A stretch of 64,000 bases of DNA from an uncultured Phycisphaeraceae bacterium (GTDB taxonomy: Bacteria > Planctomycetota > Phycisphaerae > Phycisphaerales > UBA1924): contig CALNYS010000002.1 in the NCBI GenBank assembly GCA_942490855.1, positions 92,341 through 156,340 of the forward strand, given 5' to 3'. Below the pieces are notes generated by a model that saw only the letters and a program-made list of their open reading frames with translations, ran no database searches and was not told where the DNA came from. Shown here one piece after another: positions 1 through 9,132 of the stretch. The position numbers were made by a program, and so were the translations under genes. The number at the start of each line of letters is the position of its first letter. Position 1 is the stretch's first letter.

Positions 1-215
1 GCGTCCCCGCTGGGGTGCATCGCGCGGTGGTGGGCGAGGAGGATCTTCGCGTCCTCCTGCTGCGACCCGCCCAGGGCGCACCCGAGGGAGTCATAGAGAA
101 AGAGCTTCGCCGTCTGGATCGCCTCCGGCGAGAGGTCCTCGTAGCGGAGCCCGCAGGCCCACTTGGCGAGGTCGTAGGAGATGAAGTTGTCCGTCTTGAA
201 GGTGCCGCTGGCCAT
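1..215 (-). CDS. MmgE/PrpD family protein (2-methylcitrate dehydratase-like), N-terminal fragment running off the window start
   Basis: Minus-strand translation from ATG at 215 reads MASGTFKTDNFISYDLAKWACGLRYEDLSPEAIQTAKLFLYDSLGCALGGSQQEDAK, a typical PrpD/MmgE N-terminus. GGAG lies upstream. The ORF is absent from the track because it has no stop inside the window. Confidence 0.7.
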   Translation of the reverse strand, partial: MASGTFKTDNFISYDLAKWACGLRYEDLSPEAIQTAKLFLYDSLGCALGGSQQEDAKILLAHHRAMHPSGD

Positions 216-470
216 GCCTGGGGGTGCTCCGGAGAAGGGTCGCCGCCCGGATTCAGGCGGTCCGAGGAGCGTAGCAGGCGGATCAGGGTTCGTCAGGGGC
301 GTCTTCTTAGTGGTGGCCGTAGACGGTAAACGAGCTTCCCGTAACAGCGGCAGAGCTACTCCTACGCGTTGGCCCAGGCAAACCTACAACCTGCTGAGCA
401 AGCCCCATTTTTTTCATCCCGATCGATCCGATGCTGCGTGGCTAAACGGAAGCCCCTGGAGACAACTCGC

Positions 471-815
471 ATGAACATGCCTACGGTTATGGAAGCGACC
501 TTCTTCGCGACGATTCCGTACTTAGCAAGCTACCCGGACTGCATCATGACTTATGAAAACAGAACGATCGTATGGCGTCACGACAGCGAGTACATCGCGA
601 TTGGGCACACCGGCTACACCACAGAAAACGGTGAAGAGCTTGAGTACGCGATCAGTGAGAGCCCGAATTCCACGAATACCCATTCATTGTACCACTGCCG
701 CATTAGCCCTCATTCGTCAGCGCTCTGCACCTTCAACAACGAGATTCGCTTATCTCTTGATGATGCCAAGCGCACCTGTGAACGCCATTTTCAGTCGAAG
801 GCTCTTGGTTACTGA
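471..815 (+). CDS. Orphan hypothetical protein in an A/T-richer island
   Basis: ORF 369..815. The internal ATG at 471 is preceded by GGAGA (MNMPTVMEATFF...). It uses codons that are rare in the neighbouring genes (TTA, AGA, GTA, AAT, CAT). I recognise no family. Confidence 0.35.
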   Translation: MNMPTVMEATFFATIPYLASYPDCIMTYENRTIVWRHDSEYIAIGHTGYTTENGEELEYAISESPNSTNTHSLYHCRISPHSSALCTFNNEIRLSLDDAKRTCERHFQSKALGY

Positions 816-945
816 ATTTCGCACGGCCACACTCTTGCTCGCCGCACCACGCGCAGCCAGCACCTCCGTTGATATCCCGTGCTGCTGGCTAACTGGCTAA
901 AACATTGTCGGTTGTAAGCCTTTACTTTCCCCTGCCAAATTTACC

Positions 946-1305
946 TCAGCGCTGGACGAACTCCGCGCCCGCGCACCACTGCTCCTCGGCCGTCTGCCCG
1001 GACCACACCACCCGCGCGGTGCGCATCAGCGGGACCTCGCCCGTCGGGGATTCCACGGTGATCTCGAGAACGTCGCCGACGCCCAGCTCGTGGGGCGTGT
1101 TCAGGCGCAGGCCGGTGCCGGAGAGATCGCACACCGTGACGGGGAAGGAGCACCCGACGTCGATCGGCTGGGGGCGCGTCTGCTGCACGCTCTTGGCGAT
1201 CCCGCCGAGGCTGTAGGCCGCCCGGTCGATGTGGCGTCGGTCCACGTCCTGCCAGAGGGCCGCGGCTTCCTGTTCGCTGAGGTGGCTGCTCTGAGGCGTA
1301 TCCAT
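946..1305 (-). CDS. PilZ domain protein (putative c-di-GMP receptor)
   Basis: 119 aa. The RxxxR motif (RHIDR) is followed by DxSxxG (DLSGTG), the two PilZ c-di-GMP binding motifs. GGAG lies upstream of the ATG. Confidence 0.75.
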   Translation of the reverse strand: MDTPQSSHLSEQEAAALWQDVDRRHIDRAAYSLGGIAKSVQQTRPQPIDVGCSFPVTVCDLSGTGLRLNTPHELGVGDVLEITVESPTGEVPLMRTARVVWSGQTAEEQWCAGAEFVQR

Positions 1306-1390
1306 AGCCGGGGCTCCGCAAGAGGTGATGCGGGTATGTCGGCAGGATCCGGGCTCAGATGTAGGGGAACATGACGCGGTTCTCGGACAG

Positions 1391-1516
1391 TCAGCCCGCG
1401 TGGGCGGCCGTGGCCGTCAGGACCATCGCGGCGAGGCCGGCGATCCATGCGGCCGAGAGGCCGGCGAGGACAGCTTTGCGGTAGTTCGAGCGTCTCTTGC
1501 GTGCGATCGTCTTCAT
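1391..1516 (-). CDS. Possible small membrane protein (41 aa)
   Basis: An internal ATG in ORF 1391..1660 gives MKTIARKRRSNYRKAVLAGLSAAWIAGLAAMVLTATAAHAG, a basic N-terminus followed by one TM helix. There is no homology evidence. Confidence 0.3.
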   Translation of the reverse strand: MKTIARKRRSNYRKAVLAGLSAAWIAGLAAMVLTATAAHAG

Positions 1517-1570
1517 GCCACAGTCTTCGCACCCCCCGCTGGAGGGTTCCGTGGGCGATCGTGTCTGGTC

Positions 1571-1613
1571 AAAAAGAACGAAAAACGCCCGCGCCGGGGT
1601 TCGGCGCGGGCGT
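1571..1613 (-). terminator. Rho-independent terminator downstream of the 1642..2460 gene
   Basis: Perfect 12-bp stem ACGCCCGCGCCG/CGGCGCGGGCGT (1585-1596 / 1602-1613), followed on the minus strand by a T-rich run (TTTTTCGTTCTTTTT). Confidence 0.8.
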
Positions 1614-1641
1614 CGTACTGTTCCGAGGTCATCGGCTTCGC

Positions 1642-2460
1642 TTAGAAGCAGGGCCCCCACGCGGCGAGCATGATCGCCAGGTCGCTGGAGGTGACGCGCC
1701 CGTCGCCGTCGAGGTCGGCGTTGCAGGCGCCGCGGACGACGCGGAGGGTGTTGGAGGCGCCGGGCTCGGGGCTGCCGTCGCCGTCCTGGTCCCAGGAGTA
1801 GATGATGTCAAAGAAGGAATCGAAGGTCGCGCCGCCGCCGCGGGCGAGTTCGATGCGGTTGACGCGGACCTCGATGGTCTGGGTGACGCCGGGCTGGAGG
1901 ATCATCGGCTCGATGGTCTCGACCTCGAAGACCCCCTGCGGCATCGCCTGGGCGCGGGGCGCCCACTGCACGGGCTGATCGGACGAGTTCGTCGCCGACA
2001 GCGAGAGGTTGACGGTGCGCGGGTTGTCCACCACGACGACGGGCGTCCCGGGCGTCGCCTTGACGTCGCCGGTGTGCCGGATGGAGCCCTGGCACTTCAT
2101 GATCCCGCCGGTGGTCGTGTTCTCGAGCACGGCGGTAAAGAGCACCGTCTCGCCCACTGCCCCCGGGTCGCAGAGAATGGTGACGGGGATGTCGACGCAC
2201 TGCCCGGGCTGGAGCGTGACCATGCCCTGGGAGGGCATCGCGGTGACCTGGTCCTTGATGAAGAACCACGTGTAGTCGCTGGTCACGTCGGTGCAGTTGC
2301 AGATCGTCAGGACGACGTTGGCGGTGCCCATCGTCTCGCACCCGGGGACCGGGCAGCACGGGACGTCCCAGCTGAGGTGACAGCTGTCCGCGTTCGCCAC
2401 ACCGACGGACCCGAGGACGGACGCCACACCAACGCAGATCATGTGCATCAAGTTACGCAT
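1642..2460 (-). CDS. Secreted Cys-rich protein with a single C-terminal dockerin-like repeat
   Basis: The ATG at 2460 gives the signal peptide MRNLMHMICVGVASVLGSVGVANA. A Cys-rich stretch follows (CHLSWDVPCCPVPGCE). The C-terminus is NADLDGDGRVTSSDLAIMLAAWGPCF. Confidence 0.75.
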   Translation of the reverse strand: MRNLMHMICVGVASVLGSVGVANADSCHLSWDVPCCPVPGCETMGTANVVLTICNCTDVTSDYTWFFIKDQVTAMPSQGMVTLQPGQCVDIPVTILCDPGAVGETVLFTAVLENTTTGGIMKCQGSIRHTGDVKATPGTPVVVVDNPRTVNLSLSATNSSDQPVQWAPRAQAMPQGVFEVETIEPMILQPGVTQTIEVRVNRIELARGGGATFDSFFDIIYSWDQDGDGSPEPGASNTLRVVRGACNADLDGDGRVTSSDLAIMLAAWGPCF

Positions 2461-2854
2461 CGCAATACTCCTTTTTTCTTCGAAAGAAAAGAACGAAAGC
2501 ACAAGGCATCGAACACTCAACGCTACACGCGTCGATTCCCGACGCCGCATCGACCCTACCGCAATCGGCGCCCTCTGACAAGCATGAAAAGAGTTATGCG
2601 CCCCGTGCTGCACCATGCGCGCCCGCGCGCCGCGGCGCGACGGCGCGGCTCGTCCCCGTCCCCTTGCGCCCGCGGCGCACGGGCGGTAGTGCGCACGAAA
2701 CCCGGGCCCGGGCAACGTCCGAGAGCCCACCGACAGCGGGGCGCGAGGCTCGCCCGATCGCCATATCCGCTCGGACCGGCCCCTTCCACTCGCCCGCCGC
2801 GCGAACGCCGCTTGACGCGTAACGAGCCCCCCTTTCCCGGCCGATACCGCCCTC

Positions 2855-3709
2855 ATGCTGCCGCCCATGCCACACGACGCCACGACGCCACGCGCCCCAT
2901 CCCCTGAGCCGACCGGCTTCGCCCCGATGCTCGCCCAGAGCTCCGGTCGCTACGTCGGCTCGCTCCGCGACGGCGCGCTCTTCGTGCTCGTCGCGATGGT
3001 CATCAACCTGGCCACGACCCTCGGCGCCATCGGCGCGGGCGTCATGCTCGCGATGTCGGCGCCCGCGTCGGGCGAGCTGCCCACCGGGGCCATGGCCATC
3101 GTCGAGATGGCGCAGGCGCTGCTGATGCTCGTGGCCGCGGCCGCCGGGATCATCGGGTGGTGGTGGTTCACGACCCGCGACCCGCAAGAGCACACGTACA
3201 ACGAACCCTCGCGCTCGCGCCCGCTCGTGCGCACCGCGGTGCTCGCGCAGGCCGTGTGCCTGCTCGGAGTGGCGATCAGCCCGTTCGTCATGGGCGCCGC
3301 CGCGCCGGAGCTGTCGCAGGACGCCGCGCTCACCGGCCCGCTGGCGCTCGTCATGGCGCTCGGTCTCGGGGCCGGGCTCGCGATGATCGTGAAGTTCTTC
3401 GCGTCGATGTCGTACCTGCGCTGGATCGCCTCGCGCATCCCCGACGAGACGCTCGAAGAGGGCGCCGCTCGCTTCATGTGGCTGGGCCCGTTCCTGATCG
3501 TGGGCGTCCCGATCCTGGGCGGCGTCATGATGTTCTTCGTGCCGGTGATCATCGGTCTCGGCGTGATCATCGCCCCGCTCATCGCGCTGGTGATGTACTG
3601 GAACCTGATCTTCAAGGCCTGGAAGGGCCTGAGCGAGATCGCTTCTGATCAGCGCGACGAGGCCGAGCTGCTCGCCCAGGCGCGCCGGGACACGAATCTC
3701 GCCGCCTGA
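2855..3709 (+). CDS. Multi-pass membrane protein, paralog of the next gene
   Basis: 284 aa with several hydrophobic helices. It shares GWWWFT(T/Q)..(P)(Q/E)E and a Y(L/I)(R/Q)WIA(S/P)R motif with the 3730..4605 product. Confidence 0.7.
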   Translation: MLPPMPHDATTPRAPSPEPTGFAPMLAQSSGRYVGSLRDGALFVLVAMVINLATTLGAIGAGVMLAMSAPASGELPTGAMAIVEMAQALLMLVAAAAGIIGWWWFTTRDPQEHTYNEPSRSRPLVRTAVLAQAVCLLGVAISPFVMGAAAPELSQDAALTGPLALVMALGLGAGLAMIVKFFASMSYLRWIASRIPDETLEEGAARFMWLGPFLIVGVPILGGVMMFFVPVIIGLGVIIAPLIALVMYWNLIFKAWKGLSEIASDQRDEAELLAQARRDTNLAA

Positions 3710-3729
3710 GTTTTCAGTATCGTTCGTGG

Positions 3730-4605
3730 ATGAACGACGACCCCCAGCACGCTCCGCAGAACTGCGTTCTCTGCGGCTCGGATCTCACGCACGCGCACCC
3801 CGACGCGTGGTGCCCGACGTGCCGTGCGCCGGTGGCGCGTTCGATCCCCGGCGACGCGCTCGAGCACAGCGAGATCGAGCACGTCCGCACGCTGAAGAAC
3901 GGGTGGTTGCTCGTCCTCGCGCAGATCCCCCTCGCGATCGCCACGCTCGGGATCGTGCTGTACCTCGAGTTCACCGGGCAGCTCACACTCGCCGCCGAAC
4001 AGACGATCACGGTGTTCTCGCTCGGGTCGATGCTCCTGTTGCTGCTCGGCTGGTGGTGGTTCACACAGCCGGAGGAGCGGGTGCGCGGCGCGCACGACGC
4101 CGCCAGGATCAGGTCGTGGCTGCGCACGTCGCTCCTGATCAGCACCGCTCTGAGCATCCCCGCGACCATCCTCGACACCTTTCTCTACCCGGGCCTGCTG
4201 AACCAGCCGAGCTCCGCGCCGGTGTGGGCGACGCTGCTGCATCTCGTGCTCAGCCTGCTGTCGGGGCTCGCGGGCTTGTCGTTCGTCTTCGCGGGGTTGA
4301 AGTACATCCAGTGGATCGCCCCGAGGCTGCGGTCGATCACGGCGTTCCTGTACTCGTCCCGCGCGTTCAAGTACACGCTCTGGGCGATCCCCTGCGGCGT
4401 TCTCACCGTCGTCTTCGCCGTCCTCTCGCTCATCCCCGGGCTCGAGTTCTTCGCGCTCCTCACGCTCGCGCCGGCGCTCGCGCTCCTCGGGTTGATGCTC
4501 GCGGTCGGGATCTACCAGCTCGTGCTGCTCGTGGTCGTGTGGCGACGCCTCAGCGCGATCTACAAAGCCAAGCTCGACGCGCAGCTGGCGACCCCAACCT
4601 TCTAA
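3730..4605 (+). CDS. Zinc-ribbon-fused multi-pass membrane protein, paralog of the previous gene
   Basis: 291 aa. The N-terminal CxxC...CxxC (CVLCGSDL..WCPTCRAP) is followed by TM helices and the motifs GWWWFTQPEE and KYIQWIAPR. Confidence 0.7.
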   Translation: MNDDPQHAPQNCVLCGSDLTHAHPDAWCPTCRAPVARSIPGDALEHSEIEHVRTLKNGWLLVLAQIPLAIATLGIVLYLEFTGQLTLAAEQTITVFSLGSMLLLLLGWWWFTQPEERVRGAHDAARIRSWLRTSLLISTALSIPATILDTFLYPGLLNQPSSAPVWATLLHLVLSLLSGLAGLSFVFAGLKYIQWIAPRLRSITAFLYSSRAFKYTLWAIPCGVLTVVFAVLSLIPGLEFFALLTLAPALALLGLMLAVGIYQLVLLVVVWRRLSAIYKAKLDAQLATPTF

Positions 4606-4610
4606 ACAAA

Positions 4611-4640
4611 CAACGCCCGGAGCCGAAGCCCCGGGCGTTG
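4611..4640 (-). terminator. Hairpin terminator between convergent genes
   Basis: 10-bp stem CAACGCCCGG/CCGGGCGTTG. On the minus strand it is followed by GTTTGTTTAG, so it most likely terminates the ICDH-family gene. It may also serve the plus-strand gene. Confidence 0.6.
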
Positions 4641-4667
4641 CCGTTGGTCCGATCGTGATGCGATCCC

Positions 4668-5810
4668 TTACAGGTTGCGCACCACCTCGTTCGCCACGTC
4701 GATCGTCGAGTCGCCCTTGCCGCGACCCTTGACGTCGTACGTCGCGACCTTGCCTTCCTTGATGACCTTCGCGATGGCGGCTTCGAGCGCCTGCGCGTGG
4801 TCGGTCTCGTCGAGCCAGTCGAACATGAGCTTGACGGTCAGGAGCATGGCCATCGGGTTGACGACCTTCTGCCCGTCGTACTTGGGCGCCGAGCCGTGGG
4901 TGGGCTCGAAGACGGCGTAGTCGTCGCCGATGTTCGCGGCGCTCGCGAAGCCGAGGCCGCCGACGAGGCCGGCGCAGAGGTCCGAGAGGATGTCGCCGAA
5001 CATGTTCGACGCCACGAGGACCGAGTAGTCCTGCGGGTTCTTGATCATCCACATCATGATGGCGTCGATGTTCGTCTCCCACGCCTCGATGCCCGGGTAG
5101 TCCTTCGCGACCTCGCGGAACGTGCGGGTCATCAGGCCGCCCGTGGCGCGCACGACGTTGGGCTTCTCGGCGAGGCTGACGCTCTTGCGCCCTTCCTTCT
5201 TCGCGAGCTCGAACGCCTGGCGGCAGATCGACTCGCACCCCTGGCGGCTCATGACGCGCGTGGAGATCGCGACGTTCTCGAGGCCCTTGTCGTACCAGCG
5301 CTTCATGCGCGCCGGGTGACCCCACTCGGGGTTGGCGAGCGCGTCGGCGAGCTCCTTGGGCATGGGGTCCCACTCGATGCCGCCGTAGAGGCCCTCGGTG
5401 TTCTCACGGAAGACGACGAGGTCGATGTCGTCGCCCAGCTTGTTGAGCGGGTTGCCGGGGTACGCCTTGCAGGGGCGCATGTTGGTGTGGAGGTTAAAGA
5501 GCTGGCGGAGCTTGACGATCGGGCTGAAGTAGTCGAGCCCGGTGTCCTTGAGCTCGGGCACGAGTTCCTCGGCGGCCTCTTCGCGCGGCTTGGAGGTGAT
5601 GGCGCCGAAGAGCGCGCAGTCCGTCTTCTTGAGGATCTCGATGGTGCGGTCGGGGAGCGGGTTGCCCTCCTTGCACCAGAACTCCCAGCCGATGTCCGCC
5701 GGGACGTACTCCGCGTCGAACTTCATGGCGTCGAGCACGATCTTGGCGGCTTCCATGACGTCGTTGCCGACGCCGTCGCCGGGCATCCAGGCGATGCTGT
5801 ATTTGGACAT
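4668..5810 (-). CDS. Isocitrate/isopropylmalate dehydrogenase family protein (beta-decarboxylating dehydrogenase)
   Basis: The ATG at 5810 gives [18 protein letters not shown].... Family motifs present: [27 protein letters not shown]. Substrate (isocitrate, homoisocitrate, isopropylmalate or tartrate) cannot be assigned by eye. Confidence 0.85.
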   Translation of the reverse strand: MSKYSIAWMPGDGVGNDVMEAAKIVLDAMKFDAEYVPADIGWEFWCKEGNPLPDRTIEILKKTDCALFGAITSKPREEAAEELVPELKDTGLDYFSPIVKLRQLFNLHTNMRPCKAYPGNPLNKLGDDIDLVVFRENTEGLYGGIEWDPMPKELADALANPEWGHPARMKRWYDKGLENVAISTRVMSRQGCESICRQAFELAKKEGRKSVSLAEKPNVVRATGGLMTRTFREVAKDYPGIEAWETNIDAIMMWMIKNPQDYSVLVASNMFGDILSDLCAGLVGGLGFASAANIGDDYAVFEPTHGSAPKYDGQKVVNPMAMLLTVKLMFDWLDETDHAQALEAAIAKVIKEGKVATYDVKGRGKGDSTIDVANEVVRNL

Positions 5811-5931
5811 GTCCCTTGAGACTCCTGCTGGGTGGGGATGCAAAGAAACCCGCGGGATTCCGGCCCGCGGGGGCGTGCAGGATAGCGACCCCGCCCCCCG
5901 GCTCAAGACGTCGCGCCGGACCCCGCGCCGC

Positions 5932-7638
5932 CTAGTCGCACGGGCCCCACGCGGCGAGCATCACCGCGATGTCCGCGGCGTCCACAACCCCGTTCCCGTC
6001 GGTGTCCGCCCCGTTGTCCGAGCCCCAGGAGGCCAGGAGCACCGCGAGATCGCTGGAGTCCACCCAGCCGTCGGCCACGACGTCCCCGACGCACGGGGCG
6101 ATCGCCGCGCGCCCGAAGACCACGTACGCCCCCTCGCCGCGGGAGGAGAGCAGCAGGTCGTCCACCCCGTCGCCGTTGGTGTCGGGCATGAACGCGCCAG
6201 AGAACCCGATCCAGTCCCCGTCGATCCACCTCCCGAGCGTCTCGTCGAGCTGGGTGAGGTCCACGACCCCGCCGGCGCCGAGCGTGTCGCTCCCGTAGAG
6301 CACGTAGCACCGCCCGGGGACCCCGTCGCCGGAGGTGAACCCCGGCGCCCCGAGAAGGAGGTCGGGACGCCCGTCGCCGTTGACGTCGCCGCCGGAATCG
6401 AGCGAGTACCCCAGACCGTCGCCGGGCTCCTCGCCGTCGATCCGGAACCCCTCGCTCGCGATGTCCGCGGCGGACATAGACCCCCCCGCGACCGCGCCCG
6501 CACGCCCGTAGACGACGTACACGCTCCCGGCGCCCTCGCGTCCGCCCGGGTTCGCCCCCCGTGCCGCGATGAGGAGATCGTCGAACCCGTCCTCGTTCAG
6601 GTCAACGTCGCCCGCGATCGCCAGCCCGAGGATGTCGCCCTCGACGCCGGTGGTGAACACAAAGCCGTTGGAGCCGTCGAGATCGCTCGCCGTGATCACG
6701 CCGCCCGTCCCCACGCTCTCGCCGCCGAACACGATGTAGCACGAGCTGAGCCCGTCTTCGATCTGGTTCCCCAGCGCCGGCGCGCCGACCGCGACGTCGT
6801 CGTAGCCGTCGCCGTTGAAGTCGCCGATGCCGCGCACCTCTACGCCCGCGTAGTCGTAGTCGCCCTCGCCGAGAACGACGAGCCCCTGCTGCGCGCTGAG
6901 GTTCGAGAGCTGGACGCTCGCGGGCGACGCCCCGTGCGTGTTGCCGAACACCACGTACGCCTTCCCGGAATCGATCGCCCCGTCGGCGCCGTTGGCCTCG
7001 TGCGCGCCGAGCACGATGTCCGCGTACCCGTCGCCGTTGAAGTCGCCCGCGCTCCTGACGCTGCGCCCGCACAGCTCGTTGCTGAGCTCTCCCTCTACGC
7101 GGTACCCGTTGTGCGGGAGCATGGTGTCGAGGTTGAACATCCCGTTCCCGCCGAACGACACGCGCGAGTACATCACGTAGCAGTAGCCGACGCCGTGGTT
7201 GGTGAAGTTGGGGTTGTACCTCGGCGCCCCGATGAGCAGGTCCGGTCGCCCGTCGCCGTTGATATCCCCCGCGCTCGCCACGGCGCTCCCGCTGTAGACG
7301 AACTCCGACGGGCTGAGCCGCCCGCCGTTGACGCCGTCGGCGTCCTGGAGGCGGATCTCCCCCGACGCCCCGACCCCGACGCCGCCGTACACCACGTGCG
7401 TGTTCCCGCGGTTGGATCGGTCGGTGGCGAACCCGAGAACGAGGTCGCCGAACCCGTCGGTGTTGAAATCAGCGGACGCGACCTCGACGCCGACGAGATC
7501 GCCGTCGGGCGACGGGAGCGGGAGGACGCGGTAGCCCGTCGTGCCGTCGAGCTCGGTAACGAGGGTCCCCGGGCCCAGCTCCGCGCCCGCGAGCGTCTGG
7601 ACCGCGAGCGCAAGGACAACGAAGGATGCGTGGTGCAT
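5932..7638 (-). CDS. Secreted seven-repeat FG-GAP (integrin-alpha-like) propeller protein with C-terminal double dockerin-like module
   Basis: Signal peptide MHHASFVVLALAVQTLAGA. Seven repeats of the type D(F/V)NGDG..D(L/I)..G...YV(V/L)(F/Y)G. The C-terminus is VDSSDLAVLLASWGSDNGADTDGNGVVDAADIAVMLAAWGPCD. Confidence 0.85.
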   Translation of the reverse strand: MHHASFVVLALAVQTLAGAELGPGTLVTELDGTTGYRVLPLPSPDGDLVGVEVASADFNTDGFGDLVLGFATDRSNRGNTHVVYGGVGVGASGEIRLQDADGVNGGRLSPSEFVYSGSAVASAGDINGDGRPDLLIGAPRYNPNFTNHGVGYCYVMYSRVSFGGNGMFNLDTMLPHNGYRVEGELSNELCGRSVRSAGDFNGDGYADIVLGAHEANGADGAIDSGKAYVVFGNTHGASPASVQLSNLSAQQGLVVLGEGDYDYAGVEVRGIGDFNGDGYDDVAVGAPALGNQIEDGLSSCYIVFGGESVGTGGVITASDLDGSNGFVFTTGVEGDILGLAIAGDVDLNEDGFDDLLIAARGANPGGREGAGSVYVVYGRAGAVAGGSMSAADIASEGFRIDGEEPGDGLGYSLDSGGDVNGDGRPDLLLGAPGFTSGDGVPGRCYVLYGSDTLGAGGVVDLTQLDETLGRWIDGDWIGFSGAFMPDTNGDGVDDLLLSSRGEGAYVVFGRAAIAPCVGDVVADGWVDSSDLAVLLASWGSDNGADTDGNGVVDAADIAVMLAAWGPCD

Positions 7639-7685
7639 GAAAGCGGCTTTCGTTCTGTCGGGGGCGCGGGCGCGCCGGTTGCTGC

Positions 7686-8432
7686 TCAGCCCCAGGCCGC
7701 GAGGAGGATCGCGAGATCCGAGGCGCCGGTGGAACCGTCGTCATCGAGGTCGGCGTCGGGGCCGCCCCACGCGGCGAGCATGATCGCCAGGTCCGCCGAA
7801 TCCACGACGCCGTCGCCGTTGAGATCCGCGGGGGAGCCCGCGGGCACGCCCGTCGCCCGCAGCATGAACGCGCCGGGGAAGATGACGAACTCCGGGTTGT
7901 CCATCCGCGTCCCGAAGGGCGCCGACGCGAGATCATTGATCACGTCGTCGATCTCGGGCGCGTAGAAGAACCACGACCGGTCGCCCGCGGCGTCGGTGTC
8001 CACGCGCATGGGCGTGTCCTCGCCCCCCATCAGGAACGCGTTCGCGCCCACGAAGAACCCGCCCGAGACCTCGGTCGGATCAATCGGAAAATCGACAAAG
8101 ACGTTCCCGCTGGTCCCGTCGTGCAGGAACTCGGCGCTCGTCAGGGCGACCGCGTTGGTCGGGTCGAAATCGTTATCGGGGTCGTCGAGCAGCCAGATGG
8201 TGATCGGCGTGTCGAGGGGGAAGCTGGGGCCGAACGCGACGGAGACAGTCGTGATGACCTCGCCGCCCGCCTCGGCCATGAAGTAGTTGCCCCAGAGCGT
8301 GTCCGGGTCAAACGTGGACGGCGGGCCCTGGTTGGTGTTGGCGACCCCGTCGTCAAGGGTGTACTCGACGGTGGCGGCGTGCGTGAGACCGGCGCAGAGC
8401 AGCGCCCCGACGGCTGGAACGAATGAACGCAT
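7686..8432 (-). CDS. Secreted protein with C-terminal double dockerin-like module
   Basis: Signal peptide MRSFVPAVGALLCAGLTHA. The C-terminus is ADLNGDGVVDSADLAIMLAAWGGPDADLDDDGSTGASDLAILLAAWG. Confidence 0.75.
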   Translation of the reverse strand: MRSFVPAVGALLCAGLTHAATVEYTLDDGVANTNQGPPSTFDPDTLWGNYFMAEAGGEVITTVSVAFGPSFPLDTPITIWLLDDPDNDFDPTNAVALTSAEFLHDGTSGNVFVDFPIDPTEVSGGFFVGANAFLMGGEDTPMRVDTDAAGDRSWFFYAPEIDDVINDLASAPFGTRMDNPEFVIFPGAFMLRATGVPAGSPADLNGDGVVDSADLAIMLAAWGGPDADLDDDGSTGASDLAILLAAWG

Positions 8433-8456
8433 GGTATGTGTCCTCCCGCTCCCAGC

Positions 8457-8654
8457 TTACAGGTCGGACCGCTCGTTTCCATCATCGTCGTACCGAAAAA
8501 TCGCAAAGTAGAGGATCGTCAGGACCGCGAAGGGCGGCATGAAACAGGCGATCCACGGCTCGACGAAGAACCAGACCACCGGCGCCACCGCCAGTGTGAT
8601 CAGAGCGATCCACCACATATCGCGCATCGCGCCTTTGAATCGGTTTCCGGTCAT
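8457..8654 (-). CDS. Small two-TM membrane protein
   Basis: 65 aa (MTGNRFKGAMRDMWWIALITLAVAPVVWFFVEPWIACFMPPFAVLTILYF...). High GC3 in this frame. Confidence 0.45.
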   Translation of the reverse strand: MTGNRFKGAMRDMWWIALITLAVAPVVWFFVEPWIACFMPPFAVLTILYFAIFRYDDDGNERSDL

Positions 8655-8691
8655 AGGGCGGGAGTGTAGCCGCGCCGATACGCCCGGTGGT

Positions 8692-9012
8692 TCAGCCCGC
8701 GTCGGGGTGCAGGCGGTCGTGGATCTTGCGTCGCACGCGGGCGCGCTCTATCACGCCGAGCACAGCCGCGGCGCCCCCGAACGCGATGTACGCGACGAGC
8801 ATCGCGCCGCCGACCAGCACCGCCGAGGCGCCGTCGAGGAGGAACAGCGTCGCGATCGTCCCGAGCGCGAGAACGCTCAGGCAGATCAGCGCGACCACCG
8901 CCCACTTCCGGTTGACGTCCCGCGCCGGCGGGGCGCCCTCCGGGAACTCGTGCTCCTGGATCGAGCGGATCTCCCGGTCCTCCGCGATCATCGTTTCATC
9001 AACAAGTGTCAT
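8692..9012 (-). CDS. Small membrane protein
   Basis: 106 aa. An acidic cytoplasmic N-terminus is followed by two hydrophobic helices. Confidence 0.5.
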   Translation of the reverse strand: MTLVDETMIAEDREIRSIQEHEFPEGAPPARDVNRKWAVVALICLSVLALGTIATLFLLDGASAVLVGGAMLVAYIAFGGAAAVLGVIERARVRRKIHDRLHPDAG

Positions 9013-9132
9013 ATCGCGCTCCTTTCATTGACAGCCACTACAGCCGTAGCGCGCACGGCGGCGACGGTCAATACTCCGGCGCACTATGAGTTGTTTCTCA
9101 TGTCGCACCTTCGCTCGGAGCGCGCAGGGGCG

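Noticed and set aside
5542-7965. Very long ORFs antisense to recognisable genes: 5542..7965 (+), 1447..2907 (+), 3649..5373 (-), 9773..11521 (-), 26905..28944 (-), 29100..32420 (-), 41258..43603 (+), 50674..53493 (-), 36289..37998 (-).
   Set aside because: Their translations are Arg/Ala/Gly/Pro/Asp-rich with no motifs. They lie opposite genes with clear family signatures and strong third-position GC bias. Long stop-free antisense frames are expected in DNA this GC-rich.
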